In this document: positions 19,055 to 28,869 of the stretch, piece after piece
Layout: each line of letters begins with the position of its first letter
How positions within the stretch are numbered: the stretch's first letter is position 1
Made by a program: the position numbers and the translations under genes
The notes under the pieces: model-generated
Database searches by the model: none
Seen by the model: the letters and a program-made list of their open reading frames with translations, nothing else
What the model was told of the DNA's origin: nothing
Assembly: GCA_041660165.1 (NCBI GenBank)
Contig: JBAZWW010000001.1
Location: 28,009-92,008 of the forward strand
Origin: Patescibacteria group bacterium
GTDB lineage: Bacteria > Patescibacteriota > Patescibacteriia > UBA9934
Length of the DNA stretch: 64,000 nt
Direction: 5' to 3'

Positions 19055-20958
19055 TTATGAACTACGCCTCAGTCATTGATGCTCTCTCTGCAAACGACCT
19101 TGGTTCGGCGCGGGATTTGTTGCTTGCAGAAATCATGGAACAGACAAAGAACACGCACAGCTCTGACAGTCCGCACTACACGGCGGATCGTTCTATCCAG
19201 GATGGAATCGCGATCAATCATTCTAGAAATTCGAGCACGACGTATTTCGGTCTCGAGGTTTTGAGAGATCGCTATCTCTTGAGAAATGCCGAGGACAAGA
19301 TTGTTGAGAATCCGCAGACGTTCTATGCGCGTGTGGCTACGGGTATGGCCCGTGGGGACAGGGAACATGCACAGAAGCTCTATGACATTCTGAGCAAGGG
19401 CTGGTTTATTTCAGCTACGCCCACGCTCATGAACATTGGGACAAAGAAAGGTTTGCCTATTTCTTGTTTTTTGAACACCGTACCGGATACGCTTGAGGGT
19501 ATTTTCGATATCTATCGCGAGAATGCTTTTCTGTCGAAATACGGCGGAGGCATCGGCACTGACTGGTCCCAGTTGCGCGGTCAGAATGCTCCGCTCAAAG
19601 CCAGCGGTCTGCGTTCTTCCGGCGTGATTCCGTTTCTCAAGATCATGGATTCAGAAACCATCGCCATCTCTCGCAATAGTATGCGCCGGGGCGCGGCGGC
19701 CGCGTATTTGCGCATTGACCACCCTGACATTGAGGACTTCCTTGAGATGCGCAAGCCGGGAGGAGATCAGGATCGCCGGTGCTTGAACATCAATAACGGG
19801 ATTGTGATTACGGACGAGTTCATGAAGGCGGTTGAGGCGGGAACAACGTATAAGCTCATTGACCCGCACTTCAAGACAGTCTCTAAAGAGCTGGACGCCA
19901 TGACCATGTGGCGAAAGATTCTTTCCATGCGCGCAGAAACGGGGGAGCCGTACTTGCTCTTCATTGATACCGTGAACGCCGCTCGTCCTCCGCATCACGT
20001 TGATAAGGGTTTGCTCGTTCGCCAGAGCAACCTGTGTACGGAAATAGTCTTGCCGACTGACGAAACGAGAACGGCTGTGTGTTGTTTGGGCAGTTTGAAC
20101 CTCGAAAAATATGAAGAGTGGAAGGACCAGTGGGAAGACATTGCGTACGCTTGCGTGAAAGCGCTCGACAACAATTTGGAAACGTTCTGTGAGATGGCTG
20201 ACCCGGTTGAGTTTAAGAAGGCTATCAATTCCGTCAGACACGAACGCTCGGTCGGACTGGGCGTCATGGGCTATCACAGCTATCTCATGTTGCGCGGGGT
20301 ACCATTTGAAAGCGTTATGGCTAGGGGCATCAATGTGGAGATTTTCGCAAATCTGCAGAAATACTCGAACCTGGCTTCTGAACGCCTTGGCCGTGAGCGC
20401 GGGCTTCCGCTTGACGGGGGAACTCGCCGGAATAGTTATGTGACGAGTATCCAGCCGACTGCTTCGACTGCGTTCCTTTGTGGCGAGGCTAGTCCATGCG
20501 TCGAACCGATCGCCGGCAACGCCTATCTGCAGAAAACGTTGTCCGGCAGTTTCCTCGTAAAGAACAAGCACCTCGAACATTTGCTAGAGACCAAGGGTAA
20601 GAATACTGCAGACACCTGGAAGATTGTGGTGGCGGAGAAGGGAAGTGTGATAAATCTGGATTGCTTGACCCCGGAAGAAAAGGCCGTTTTCCGGACCGCC
20701 TATGAAATGAACATGCGGGAGATTGTCGAGCAAGCCGCGGCCCGTCAGAAGTACATTGATCAGGCGCAGTCCCTGAACCTCTTCTTCCAGACCCCCATCA
20801 GCGGAAAATACCTCAATGAGGTTCATATGATGGCCTGGAAGCTGGGCGTGAAGAGCCTGTACTACATTCGTTCAGCCTCGCCCATCCAGGCAGATAGCAT
20901 TGCGATCCAGTCCCAAAAGCGGGATGTTTCCACGGAGGAATGCGCCGTTTGCCAGTAG
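19045..20958 (+). CDS. nrdA: Class I ribonucleotide reductase large (alpha, R1) subunit, short form
   Basis: Active site SNLCTEIVLP and a C-terminal CAVCQ redox pair. It overlaps nrdB by 10 nt. Confidence 0.88.
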   Translation: MDIIMNYASVIDALSANDLGSARDLLLAEIMEQTKNTHSSDSPHYTADRSIQDGIAINHSRNSSTTYFGLEVLRDRYLLRNAEDKIVENPQTFYARVATGMARGDREHAQKLYDILSKGWFISATPTLMNIGTKKGLPISCFLNTVPDTLEGIFDIYRENAFLSKYGGGIGTDWSQLRGQNAPLKASGLRSSGVIPFLKIMDSETIAISRNSMRRGAAAAYLRIDHPDIEDFLEMRKPGGDQDRRCLNINNGIVITDEFMKAVEAGTTYKLIDPHFKTVSKELDAMTMWRKILSMRAETGEPYLLFIDTVNAARPPHHVDKGLLVRQSNLCTEIVLPTDETRTAVCCLGSLNLEKYEEWKDQWEDIAYACVKALDNNLETFCEMADPVEFKKAINSVRHERSVGLGVMGYHSYLMLRGVPFESVMARGINVEIFANLQKYSNLASERLGRERGLPLDGGTRRNSYVTSIQPTASTAFLCGEASPCVEPIAGNAYLQKTLSGSFLVKNKHLEHLLETKGKNTADTWKIVVAEKGSVINLDCLTPEEKAVFRTAYEMNMREIVEQAAARQKYIDQAQSLNLFFQTPISGKYLNEVHMMAWKLGVKSLYYIRSASPIQADSIAIQSQKRDVSTEECAVCQ

Positions 20959-21056
20959 GGGTTTGGCTAGGGTGTGGAAAAGAAGTTTGCCAAGAAGAGA
21001 TGATGGGTATAATCAGGCCGTTATCTCTTTTTGTTTTTATTCGAGATCTTAAATAT

Positions 21057-21485
21057 ATGGAAATTACCAAAGCGCTTTCGGCCTTGCAAAATGACGAACC
21101 TATCGTTATTCGTGATAAGACATTCAAGCCCCGTAAGGTTGAAGCCGTTTCATTGGAGACGGGAGAAAAGGTGTATTGGATCACCAGCCGGGACAGCGTT
21201 TGGCTGTCATTGGATCCGGAAGGGGAGGAAATCATCCTTTTTGAAGACATTGATGAGGAATTGGAGCCGGAGGATGACATCGTGGTTCACGGTGGAGAGG
21301 ATTACGAATTCTCCTATGAGGGCGTAGCCACTATGAGTCAGGAGGAGGGCGGAAAAGTGGTTTCATTTAAGGAGTACGCTTCCGCTGATGGCGAGATCAT
21401 CCGCATCATGGAAGAGGAATCCACTGGTGAAAAGTCCGGAGCCTTTGGCGTGAAGCTGACGGAGGAGGATTTGCAAATGGCCTAA
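21057..21485 (+). CDS. Acidic hypothetical protein
   Basis: Glu/Asp-rich. I chose the internal ATG at 21057 because the ORF-track start 20940 overlaps the nrdA end. Confidence 0.4.
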   Translation: MEITKALSALQNDEPIVIRDKTFKPRKVEAVSLETGEKVYWITSRDSVWLSLDPEGEEIILFEDIDEELEPEDDIVVHGGEDYEFSYEGVATMSQEEGGKVVSFKEYASADGEIIRIMEEESTGEKSGAFGVKLTEEDLQMA

Positions 21486-21496
21486 AGGGGCGGGCT

Positions 21497-23419
21497 ATGG
21501 TCAAAAAAATCGGAAAGAAAGCCTCGCGACTCTGGTTCGTTCGGCTTTTCTTTTTGGTGTTTGCCGGCGTCATTGGTTTCCGTTTGGCCTATCTGCAGAT
21601 TTATCAGGCAGGCTATTGGCACGCGGTTTCTGACGGAAAAAATTCTCTCTATGAAGCGCTGAATCCGCGCCGGGGAAAAATTCTCGTGCGCGATTATGGA
21701 GATCCAACGGAATATCCCGTAGCCACCGTCACGCAGAGAGGATTTGTGCTAGCTGATCCGCGGTTAGTGAAGGATCCGGAACAGCTTGGCAAAGCCATTG
21801 CGAAAATTTTGAATTTTGACGGCCAAGATGAGTTTGACTCCTTGATGCTCATCAAAAATCTTGAGGCCGGAAAACGCTTCACGGAAGCGAATGACATGAA
21901 GCGCGCGGTGCTTGTGGCCAGAAAAGTGATTGAACTGCCTGTCGTGATTCCGCAGGATGATGTCCCGCTTGAGGAACCGCTAGTTCAGCCTGAGGTGGAC
22001 GTTTCAAGCATGTTTGAGCAAGAGCTAACTGATCATCCAAACTTGATTGCTCGTCTCATTGCCAGGCTGTCCAAGAAGGATGATCCGTCAGAGCCTGTGG
22101 CGCGCGGAGTTTCTGAGGAACAGCTTGAGCTGATCAAAGGTCTGAATGATCCGGCCATTTCCTATGAGCTGGAGGATGGCAGAGCATATCCGGAGGACGG
22201 TTTTGACGGCCACGTTATTGGATTCTTGGGAAAAGATGATGCGGGCACGGCTAAAGGATTTTATGGGATTGAAGGGTATTTCCAGGATTTCCTTGCCGGA
22301 CAACTTGGTTCGCTCTACTCGCAAGGATTTGGCAAGAAACAATTTACCCCCGCCATTGACGGAGGCGATGTCGTTTTGACCATTGACCGAACGCTTGAGG
22401 TGAAGACGTGCGAGATTTTGCAGACAGCGGTAGACAAATATTCTGCCAAGGGCGGGAGCGTGGTCATCATGGAGCCAAAGACAGGGAGAATTCTGGCCAT
22501 GTGCGGGGTCCCTACCTTTCAGCCGGCAACTTATAATAAGGAAACGGATTTTTCCGTCTATAACAATCCGTCCATTTATACTGCGTATGAGCCAGGATCT
22601 ATCATCAAGCCTCTCACCATGGCGGCCGCGCTTGATATTGGGGCAGTAAAACCAGAGAGTACGTTTACGGATTCCGGCACTGTTAAAGTTGACGACATCA
22701 CTATCCATAACGCGAATGATAAAATTTTCGGCACGGTTTCTATGATTGAAGTGCTAGAAGAATCTATTAACACCGGCATGGTGTGGGTTGAACGGCACAT
22801 GGGTTCGCCGGCCCTAAAGGAATATTTCGAGCGTTTTGGTTTTGGCGCGCTCACGGGCGTTGAATTAAAAAGCGAGGCTTCTGGCACGGTAGCTTCGCTC
22901 AATAATTCCGCTGAGGTGTATTCCGCCACCGCTGCTTTTGGCCAGGGTGTGACTATGACGCCGATTCAAATCGCGTCAGCCTATTCTGCGTTAGCCAATG
23001 GGGGCGAGTATATGAAGCCCCACATCGTAGACGAGCTCAGATATCCGGATGGCACCGTGGACAAAATTTTGCCAGAGGTGGTTCGCCAAGTGGTTTCAGA
23101 AAAGACGGCCACCACCATCGGGGCTATGATGGTGTCTGTGGTTGAGTACGGCCACGGTAAAAAAGCCGGCGTAGCGGGCTATTATGTAGCCGGTAAAACG
23201 GGCACCGCCCAGGTGGCGGATGACCGCGGTAAATACTCGGAAACGGCCTTCAACGGTTCCTTTGCCGGCTATGCTCCAGTGAAAGATCCCCGTTTTGTCA
23301 TGGTCGTCAAAATTGAAGAGCCCAAGGACGTGCTTTTTGCTGAGGTCACCGCCGCTCCAGTTTTCCACGATATCGCCAGTTTCCTCTTGAAATACTACGG
23401 AGTAGCGCCTGAGAGATAG
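21497..23419 (+). CDS. Class B penicillin-binding protein (PBP2/FtsI transpeptidase)
   Basis: N-terminal TM helix, SxxK (SIIK), SxN (SIN) and KTGT. Confidence 0.88.
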   Translation: MVKKIGKKASRLWFVRLFFLVFAGVIGFRLAYLQIYQAGYWHAVSDGKNSLYEALNPRRGKILVRDYGDPTEYPVATVTQRGFVLADPRLVKDPEQLGKAIAKILNFDGQDEFDSLMLIKNLEAGKRFTEANDMKRAVLVARKVIELPVVIPQDDVPLEEPLVQPEVDVSSMFEQELTDHPNLIARLIARLSKKDDPSEPVARGVSEEQLELIKGLNDPAISYELEDGRAYPEDGFDGHVIGFLGKDDAGTAKGFYGIEGYFQDFLAGQLGSLYSQGFGKKQFTPAIDGGDVVLTIDRTLEVKTCEILQTAVDKYSAKGGSVVIMEPKTGRILAMCGVPTFQPATYNKETDFSVYNNPSIYTAYEPGSIIKPLTMAAALDIGAVKPESTFTDSGTVKVDDITIHNANDKIFGTVSMIEVLEESINTGMVWVERHMGSPALKEYFERFGFGALTGVELKSEASGTVASLNNSAEVYSATAAFGQGVTMTPIQIASAYSALANGGEYMKPHIVDELRYPDGTVDKILPEVVRQVVSEKTATTIGAMMVSVVEYGHGKKAGVAGYYVAGKTGTAQVADDRGKYSETAFNGSFAGYAPVKDPRFVMVVKIEEPKDVLFAEVTAAPVFHDIASFLLKYYGVAPER

Positions 23420-23603
23420 GATGTGGGTTATCGAGTGGGTTAGACCCTGACGTGAGGAAGCCCGTCCGACCGGATCGTCCGGGCGGGGGTCTAGAGGTGG
23501 CGGCTATGGGTTTCGAAGGGATTTATAGTATGCTTACTGTGTTGTCGAGTAGAACTTAACCCACCCCGAGGCGACGAGGGGTAGGGCGGGAAGGAAAAAC
23601 ATT

Positions 23604-24893
23604 ATGAAAAAGCTCGTCCAGAAAATCATTGCGAATGTAGCCAAGCGCAAACTCGCCAAATTTCACCCGACCGTGATTGCGGTCACGGGATCAGTGGGCA
23701 AGACCTCGACTAGGAACGCTATTACGATCGCGCTTGAGGCAAGATATCGCGTCCGCTCGCCAGAGAAAAATTACAATAATGAATTCGGTTTGCCGTTAGC
23801 TATTCTCGGTGAAAAGAGCCCAGGGCGTGATGCGTGGGAATGGCTGAAGCTCTGGAAGCGCGCGGTGAGCATGAAAGACATGCCGGAATATCTGGCGCTT
23901 GAATACGGCGCGGATAAGCCAGGGGACATTGCGTATCTTGCATCAGTTGCCGTGCCGAAGATTGCGGTCATCACGGCCGTCTCGCCCGTGCACTTGGCGA
24001 ATTATCCGAGCATCGAATCTTTGATCGATGAGAAGGCCTCGCTTGGCGATTATGTGCAAAACGGCGGGCTCGTTCTCCTAAACGCCAATGATGACGTGGT
24101 GAAGATGCTCACCGCCCGCTACCCGAATGCTGAGGTGATGACGTACGGTATTGAAACGGGGGACGTTCGTGCCGAGAATGTGAGGATCGAAACAAAGCTT
24201 GAGGAGAGTTTTGATCCCGGTGAAGTTTTTTCGATACTCCATGCTACGGTTAGAACAAAAAACGACTCGATAGATATTGCGTTGACCAACTGTCTCTCGC
24301 CGTCCGCGTTGTCCTCCGCACTCGCGGGTATCGCCGTTGCTGGGCGTGCTGGCGTTCCATTGTCTGATGCCGTGAGAGCCCTCGAAAAATATTTGCGTCC
24401 CGTCCCAGGCCGATTAAACCCTATCCCTGGTATTAAGGGGGCGCTGGTACTTGATGATACGTACAACGCGGCGCCTGCTTCCATGCGCTCGGCACTTGAT
24501 GCCTTGTTACGCTTTACGCCAGGAGAGGAGCGCGACCGGCGCATCGCTGTCCTCGGCGATATGGCCGAACTCGGACCTCGAACAGAATCAGAGCATCGAG
24601 CACTCGGTCGTCACGCCTCCCGCGCCTGCGACCTGTTCATTGCTGTTGGCCCAAACATGGCGCTCGCCGCAGAAGAAGCTGTACTCGCCGGTATGCCTAG
24701 GGATAAGGTTGAGCGTTTTAACACCTCCATTGAAGCCGGACGCTATTTAGATAAAACGATTGAAAAAGGCGATGTGGTTTTGCTTAAGGGCTCTCAGTCC
24801 ATGCGGATGGAACGTGCGGTGAAGGATATTATGGCAGAACCTTTGAAGGCGCCTGAGTTGCTTGTCCGTCAAGAAAAAGCTTGGTTGGAATAA
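23604..24893 (+). CDS. murF: UDP-N-acetylmuramoyl-tripeptide--D-alanyl-D-alanine ligase (MurF), short N-terminus
   Basis: P-loop TGSVGKTSTRNA, NYNNEFGLPLAIL (MurF-specific) and a Mur ligase C-terminal domain. Confidence 0.75.
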   Translation: MKKLVQKIIANVAKRKLAKFHPTVIAVTGSVGKTSTRNAITIALEARYRVRSPEKNYNNEFGLPLAILGEKSPGRDAWEWLKLWKRAVSMKDMPEYLALEYGADKPGDIAYLASVAVPKIAVITAVSPVHLANYPSIESLIDEKASLGDYVQNGGLVLLNANDDVVKMLTARYPNAEVMTYGIETGDVRAENVRIETKLEESFDPGEVFSILHATVRTKNDSIDIALTNCLSPSALSSALAGIAVAGRAGVPLSDAVRALEKYLRPVPGRLNPIPGIKGALVLDDTYNAAPASMRSALDALLRFTPGEERDRRIAVLGDMAELGPRTESEHRALGRHASRACDLFIAVGPNMALAAEEAVLAGMPRDKVERFNTSIEAGRYLDKTIEKGDVVLLKGSQSMRMERAVKDIMAEPLKAPELLVRQEKAWLE

Positions 24894-25157
24894 GAGGTTG
24901 ACTTGGCCAAATTTTGCGTGTATACTTGCCCACGGTCTTGCTGTGGTTGGTGCTGTGTTTGCGCCAATTCCGCAGGCAGGAAAGCGAGCCGTACAGCGTT
25001 CCTTAGCGGGGGAGCGGAGGGCTTTGTTGGCAGGGGCGAGGCCAGCAGGCTGCGAATTGTTACGGTTTGCCTACGGCCGGGCGCGAGTGCGTCATCAACC
25101 CGGCAGGACCACCTTTTTCTTGTGACTTGGGACTCACGTCCCGTCTTCGTCTCTGCG

Positions 25158-25187
25158 AACCCCGTACAGTCTTTACTGTACGGGGTT
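25158..25187. terminator. Strong bidirectional terminator hairpin between convergent murF and glmS
   Basis: aaccccgtacagt-cttt-actgtacggggtt, a 13-bp perfect stem. Confidence 0.7.
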
Positions 25188-25206
25188 TCCAATTTCCGTC
25201 AGTTGC

Positions 25207-25288
25207 GAATTCCTCTCCCTACCAGGGAGAGGCCAAGGTGAGGGCACGAATTCCTCTCCCATCCTGGGAGAGGCCAAGGTGAGGGCCT
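25207..25288. repeat. Two tandem copies of a 41-bp hairpin-containing repeat
   Basis: gaattcctctccc[tacc/atcc][a/t]gggagaggccaaggtgagggc twice. Each carries a cctctccc/gggagagg stem. The second copy overlaps the glmS stop codon. Confidence 0.7.
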
Positions 25289-27116
25289 AGTCCACCGTCA
25301 CCGCTTTCGCCAGGTTCCTTGGCTTGTCCGGGTTAATGCCTTTCAGGACAGCCAGTTCATAGGCAATAAATTGGAGCGGAACGGTGGCGAGCAGGCCAGT
25401 TAGTACTCCGTCGGGTGGAATGACAATGACATCGTTTGGGTCTGCAATGCCTTTAGTGAACGCGGGGGTATCGGTGATGATGATGTTCCTAGCCCCGCGA
25501 GCGCGAACTTCTTCGCCCGCCGTTTTCATGAGGCCGGAATGCTTGTCATTCAGAATGAGCAGGATGACCGGCGTTCCCTCGGTGATCAGCGCAAACGGTC
25601 CATGCTTGAGCGCTCCGCCTGGGTAACCCTCAGCATGCAGGTAAGCAATTTCTTTTATTTTGAGCGCTCCCTCCCGCGCAATGGGCTCGCCCACGCCTTT
25701 GCCAAGGACAAACATGTGATCTGCTTTCATGAGCGTGCTGGCAATGGCTTGGCACTGCGCTCTGACGGAGAAGGCCATTTGAATATTCGTCGGCAGTCGG
25801 CGCAAGTCCTCGATTAACGTCCGGCGTCGGTTTACCTCCATATCGCGCTTGTCCGCAAACCAGATAGCTACAAGTTCGAGGGCAGTCACCTGCGTGACAA
25901 AGGCTTTCGTTGAAGCAACCGCATGCTCGCGCCCGGCATTCAGATACACTCCGCATTTGGTCGAGCGGGCAATGAGTGAGCCAACGGCGTTCACGATCGA
26001 AAACGACGGGATTCCGGCATTCTCGGCTATCATCACTGCACGATGAACATCTTTCGTCTCGCCCGATTGCGAGATGACAAGGAGGCCGGCTCCCTGCGAG
26101 GGAAAGTGATGTGGCGTGAGTTCGGAAGCATCGACGACCTGAACGGTATCGAATGATTTCATGGCTCGCATCGCGAGTGCGCCATAGAGCCCCGCGTGAT
26201 AACTCGTCCCGCAAGCAGCGATGACGAGATGTTTGATCGAGAGTAATTCTTCGGATCGAGACTCAAGTCCGCCAAGTTTCACGCTGGTATCGTTCTTGAT
26301 GCGAGCACCGTGGTTGAGCGTCCGTTTTACCGCTTCTGGTTGTTCGAGTATTTCTTTGATCGTCCAGTGCGGAAACGGCGCGGGGGAGGCGGAAATAATG
26401 TCATCCGGCGCTTTTTCAATTCTGGTCAGGTCGAGGCCTGAACCGTCCGCTCGCACAAAAGCCATCTCACCGTTTTGGAGCGAAATAAAATCGCGCGTAG
26501 CCATGCCAAAGGCGGCGGGTTCAGACGCAATGAACGCTTTGCCGGGAGCTAGGCCAATGACAATCGGACTGCCGTTTCTGGCGGTGATAATCGTATCCGG
26601 TAAAAGCGGGGAGAGGACGCCTATACCCCAGGTGCCTTCCAGTTTTTGCAGGGTTGATTTGACGGCCTCCGGCAGTTTCAGCCCGTCGTCGAGGAATTTG
26701 CCGATGAGTTGGGCAACGACTTCCGTGTCCGTTTCCGAAGTGAAGTGAACGCCATGAGACTGGAGGTCGCTTCTGAGATCCTGGTAATTTTCAATCACGC
26801 CGTTATGAACTACGGCCACGCGGTTTTTGGCATCCACGTGGGGATGCGCGTTGGCGTCCGTTTTCCCGCCGTGCGTGGCCCAGCGCGTGTGGCCTATGCC
26901 AATGGTATGTCCGGCATGTGCGCCGGCGTGTTCCTTGAGCGTGGTTATAGCGTCAGATGTCCCACGGCTGGCAAACTTTGAAACGTAGAGTTTTTTATCT
27001 GGTCCAATCGTAGCTATGCCGGCCGAGTCATAGCCCCGGTTCTCCAATATTGACAGGCCGTCAATCAAATAGTTGACACTATCCTCACTCCCAACAAAGC
27101 CGATAATGCCACACAT
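25287..27116 (-). CDS. glmS: Glutamine--fructose-6-phosphate aminotransferase
   Basis: N-terminal MCGIIG with the Ntn Cys2, two SIS domains and a C-terminal KAVTVD. Confidence 0.92.
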   Translation of the reverse strand: MCGIIGFVGSEDSVNYLIDGLSILENRGYDSAGIATIGPDKKLYVSKFASRGTSDAITTLKEHAGAHAGHTIGIGHTRWATHGGKTDANAHPHVDAKNRVAVVHNGVIENYQDLRSDLQSHGVHFTSETDTEVVAQLIGKFLDDGLKLPEAVKSTLQKLEGTWGIGVLSPLLPDTIITARNGSPIVIGLAPGKAFIASEPAAFGMATRDFISLQNGEMAFVRADGSGLDLTRIEKAPDDIISASPAPFPHWTIKEILEQPEAVKRTLNHGARIKNDTSVKLGGLESRSEELLSIKHLVIAACGTSYHAGLYGALAMRAMKSFDTVQVVDASELTPHHFPSQGAGLLVISQSGETKDVHRAVMIAENAGIPSFSIVNAVGSLIARSTKCGVYLNAGREHAVASTKAFVTQVTALELVAIWFADKRDMEVNRRRTLIEDLRRLPTNIQMAFSVRAQCQAIASTLMKADHMFVLGKGVGEPIAREGALKIKEIAYLHAEGYPGGALKHGPFALITEGTPVILLILNDKHSGLMKTAGEEVRARGARNIIITDTPAFTKGIADPNDVIVIPPDGVLTGLLATVPLQFIAYELAVLKGINPDKPRNLAKAVTVD

Positions 27117-27411
27117 AGGCGTTTATGATGAAAAGTGACAGGACATATATTGTCATGTTTTCATTGGACAGTGCAAGCCGGGCGTGTTAATATCTTGCCC
27201 GTTGTGTTCCGTGCTCGCCCATGAGTACTTGCGTCTCCTCCATTATCCGTCGGTTCGACAGCCGGCGGAGCGGTCTCGTGGAGATTGAGCCTGGAATACC
27301 TCCCATCCGTTGTCTCGCTTGGTTCTGACAGTATCTCTGTGCGGAATCCTCCGTCACGCAGTCCGCGGCCGGGCCCCCCAGGTTCATCGCGTTCTCCGTG
27401 AAAAACACTGA
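27117..27411 (-). promoter_or_regulatory. Roughly 295-nt leader upstream of glmS. It may be a structured cis-regulatory RNA; a glmS-ribozyme-like element is not established.
   Basis: The leader is long and GC-rich, with segments such as acggataatggaggagacg that loosely resemble ribozyme core strings. The order and identity of core elements are not confirmed. Confidence 0.25.
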
Positions 27412-28755
27412 GTGCTGTCAGAACCTTCCCTTCGCCGTCCGTTGAGCTTTCCCGCTCCGGACGGTGTTTTCGTTTTATGTTATGAAAACGCTAGATTATT
27501 GACTAACGATAGGTTGGAATGTATTCTTTTCTGTCGCCTCGCGACAAAGCTCTTTCGTGAGTTTTCAACCCTTTCACCTTCTGGAGGACCAATGTCCGCA
27601 GAGCGTATCAATCAGGCGTTGACGTACTGGGAAGACGTGTGCGCGCTCGAGCGCTACCTTGTCATGTTGGCAGACCTGCAAGCTGACAGGAAGTTCAATC
27701 CCAAGGGACCGCTCAAGTATCTCGGACTTCGCGACGCGTTGACGTGCGGTGCGGGTTGGAGCAATGAATATATCTACGAAGGGAACCGTCCTTCGTTGTT
27801 GGCCATGAGGATGCTGCCGGTGATGCTTTACGGCTGGGTGGAGTCATCGAAGCGCATCTTCCGAGTATCGACGGAAACGCTGGACGAGCTTCTTCGGGGA
27901 GAGCATCGACCGCCTCCGGCCACCTGGGAAAAGTTTCCCTGGCCATTCGAGTCATTCGCTGTTTCGTTCGAGACGCCACTGAAGTGGGCGCCGAGCAATG
28001 AAACGTACGATACGGTGCTTGTGGTTAACGTGACGCGGGAAGGTCGCTCCTCCACACTGATCCAATGGCTTCCGGCGCGCCTCGCGGAATATATCCCGCT
28101 CCCCGAGAAGGAGATTATGGGCCTGTGCGAGGATATAAGCGAAGATATTCGTAACGCTCGAGCGAGGATTCGTGGGATGTTGCCCCGCAAGGTACGCAGA
28201 GACATGAAGAAGTACAAGATTTCGTTGCCGTCAGTAGAACAGTTGTATGCACAGCATAATGCTGGCGCGGAAAGGTTAGCGGAGGAAGCTCGAAAGGCCA
28301 TTGAGATGATGAGCCTTCCGTACTATCTCATGGATAAGGCCTACTACGCCGAAATGCACGACTGCCAGGATCAGATTGAGAGCAGCTCTTTCATCTACGC
28401 CTTCTGCAACCTCATCGCGAGAGGTGTGCGCTCGGTTGGCGGGCACTACGGCTCTCCGAAGACGGGGGAGCAGCAAGCGGAAAGTATCGCGGACGGCGCT
28501 CAGCTGTTTGAAGTTGGCTCTCGAGCTCAGTTTGCGACCGGCGAACGAACTCGGAATGACCCCACCGAACCGTCGGGCAAAACGGTGCGACCACATTCGC
28601 GCCGTGGTCACTACAGGCGTATTCGTGGGAGCGGACCCGATGCTCCAAAGTCCCAGTGGGTTAATTCCACCTGGATTCACGAAGAAGAGGCGAAGGTTAA
28701 GGGTTTGATTCCCGTCAGCGAGACCGCGGTCGATACGGACCGTAACGAACCCTGA
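27412..28755 (+). CDS. Hypothetical protein, no family recognised. The start is possibly at 27592.
   Basis: Long ORF. GC content appears higher than in neighbouring genes. Confidence 0.45.
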   Translation: MLSEPSLRRPLSFPAPDGVFVLCYENARLLTNDRLECILFCRLATKLFREFSTLSPSGGPMSAERINQALTYWEDVCALERYLVMLADLQADRKFNPKGPLKYLGLRDALTCGAGWSNEYIYEGNRPSLLAMRMLPVMLYGWVESSKRIFRVSTETLDELLRGEHRPPPATWEKFPWPFESFAVSFETPLKWAPSNETYDTVLVVNVTREGRSSTLIQWLPARLAEYIPLPEKEIMGLCEDISEDIRNARARIRGMLPRKVRRDMKKYKISLPSVEQLYAQHNAGAERLAEEARKAIEMMSLPYYLMDKAYYAEMHDCQDQIESSSFIYAFCNLIARGVRSVGGHYGSPKTGEQQAESIADGAQLFEVGSRAQFATGERTRNDPTEPSGKTVRPHSRRGHYRRIRGSGPDAPKSQWVNSTWIHEEEAKVKGLIPVSETAVDTDRNEP

Positions 28756-28830
28756 GCCTGCGTGTCTCTCGTTCTGATGCCCCGATTGTCTGGAACAGAC
28801 GTCGGGGCGTTTTATTTGCCAAAACAAAAA

Positions 28831-28853
28831 ACCTCTTCATGGCTGAAGTGGTT
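28831..28853. terminator. Bidirectional terminator hairpin, copy 1 of the ccacttcatggctgaagtgg palindrome family
   Basis: aacctcttcatggctgaagtggttt lies between convergent genes, with A-runs and T-runs on both sides. Confidence 0.6.
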
Positions 28854-28869
28854 TTTGTTGAACCGAAAG

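Noticed and set aside
19651-20580. 309-aa - strand ORF
   Set aside because: It is antisense to nrdA.
24862-25282. Small ORFs between murF and glmS
   Set aside because: They lie over the terminator hairpin and the tandem 41-bp repeats and have no coding signal.
25384-26981. Multiple + strand ORFs inside glmS, and - strand 25630-26214
   Set aside because: They are antisense or alternative frames within a confidently assigned GlmS gene.
27187-27408. 73-aa - strand ORF in the glmS leader
   Set aside because: It lies within the putative 5' UTR. It has no RBS and an Arg-rich low-complexity translation.
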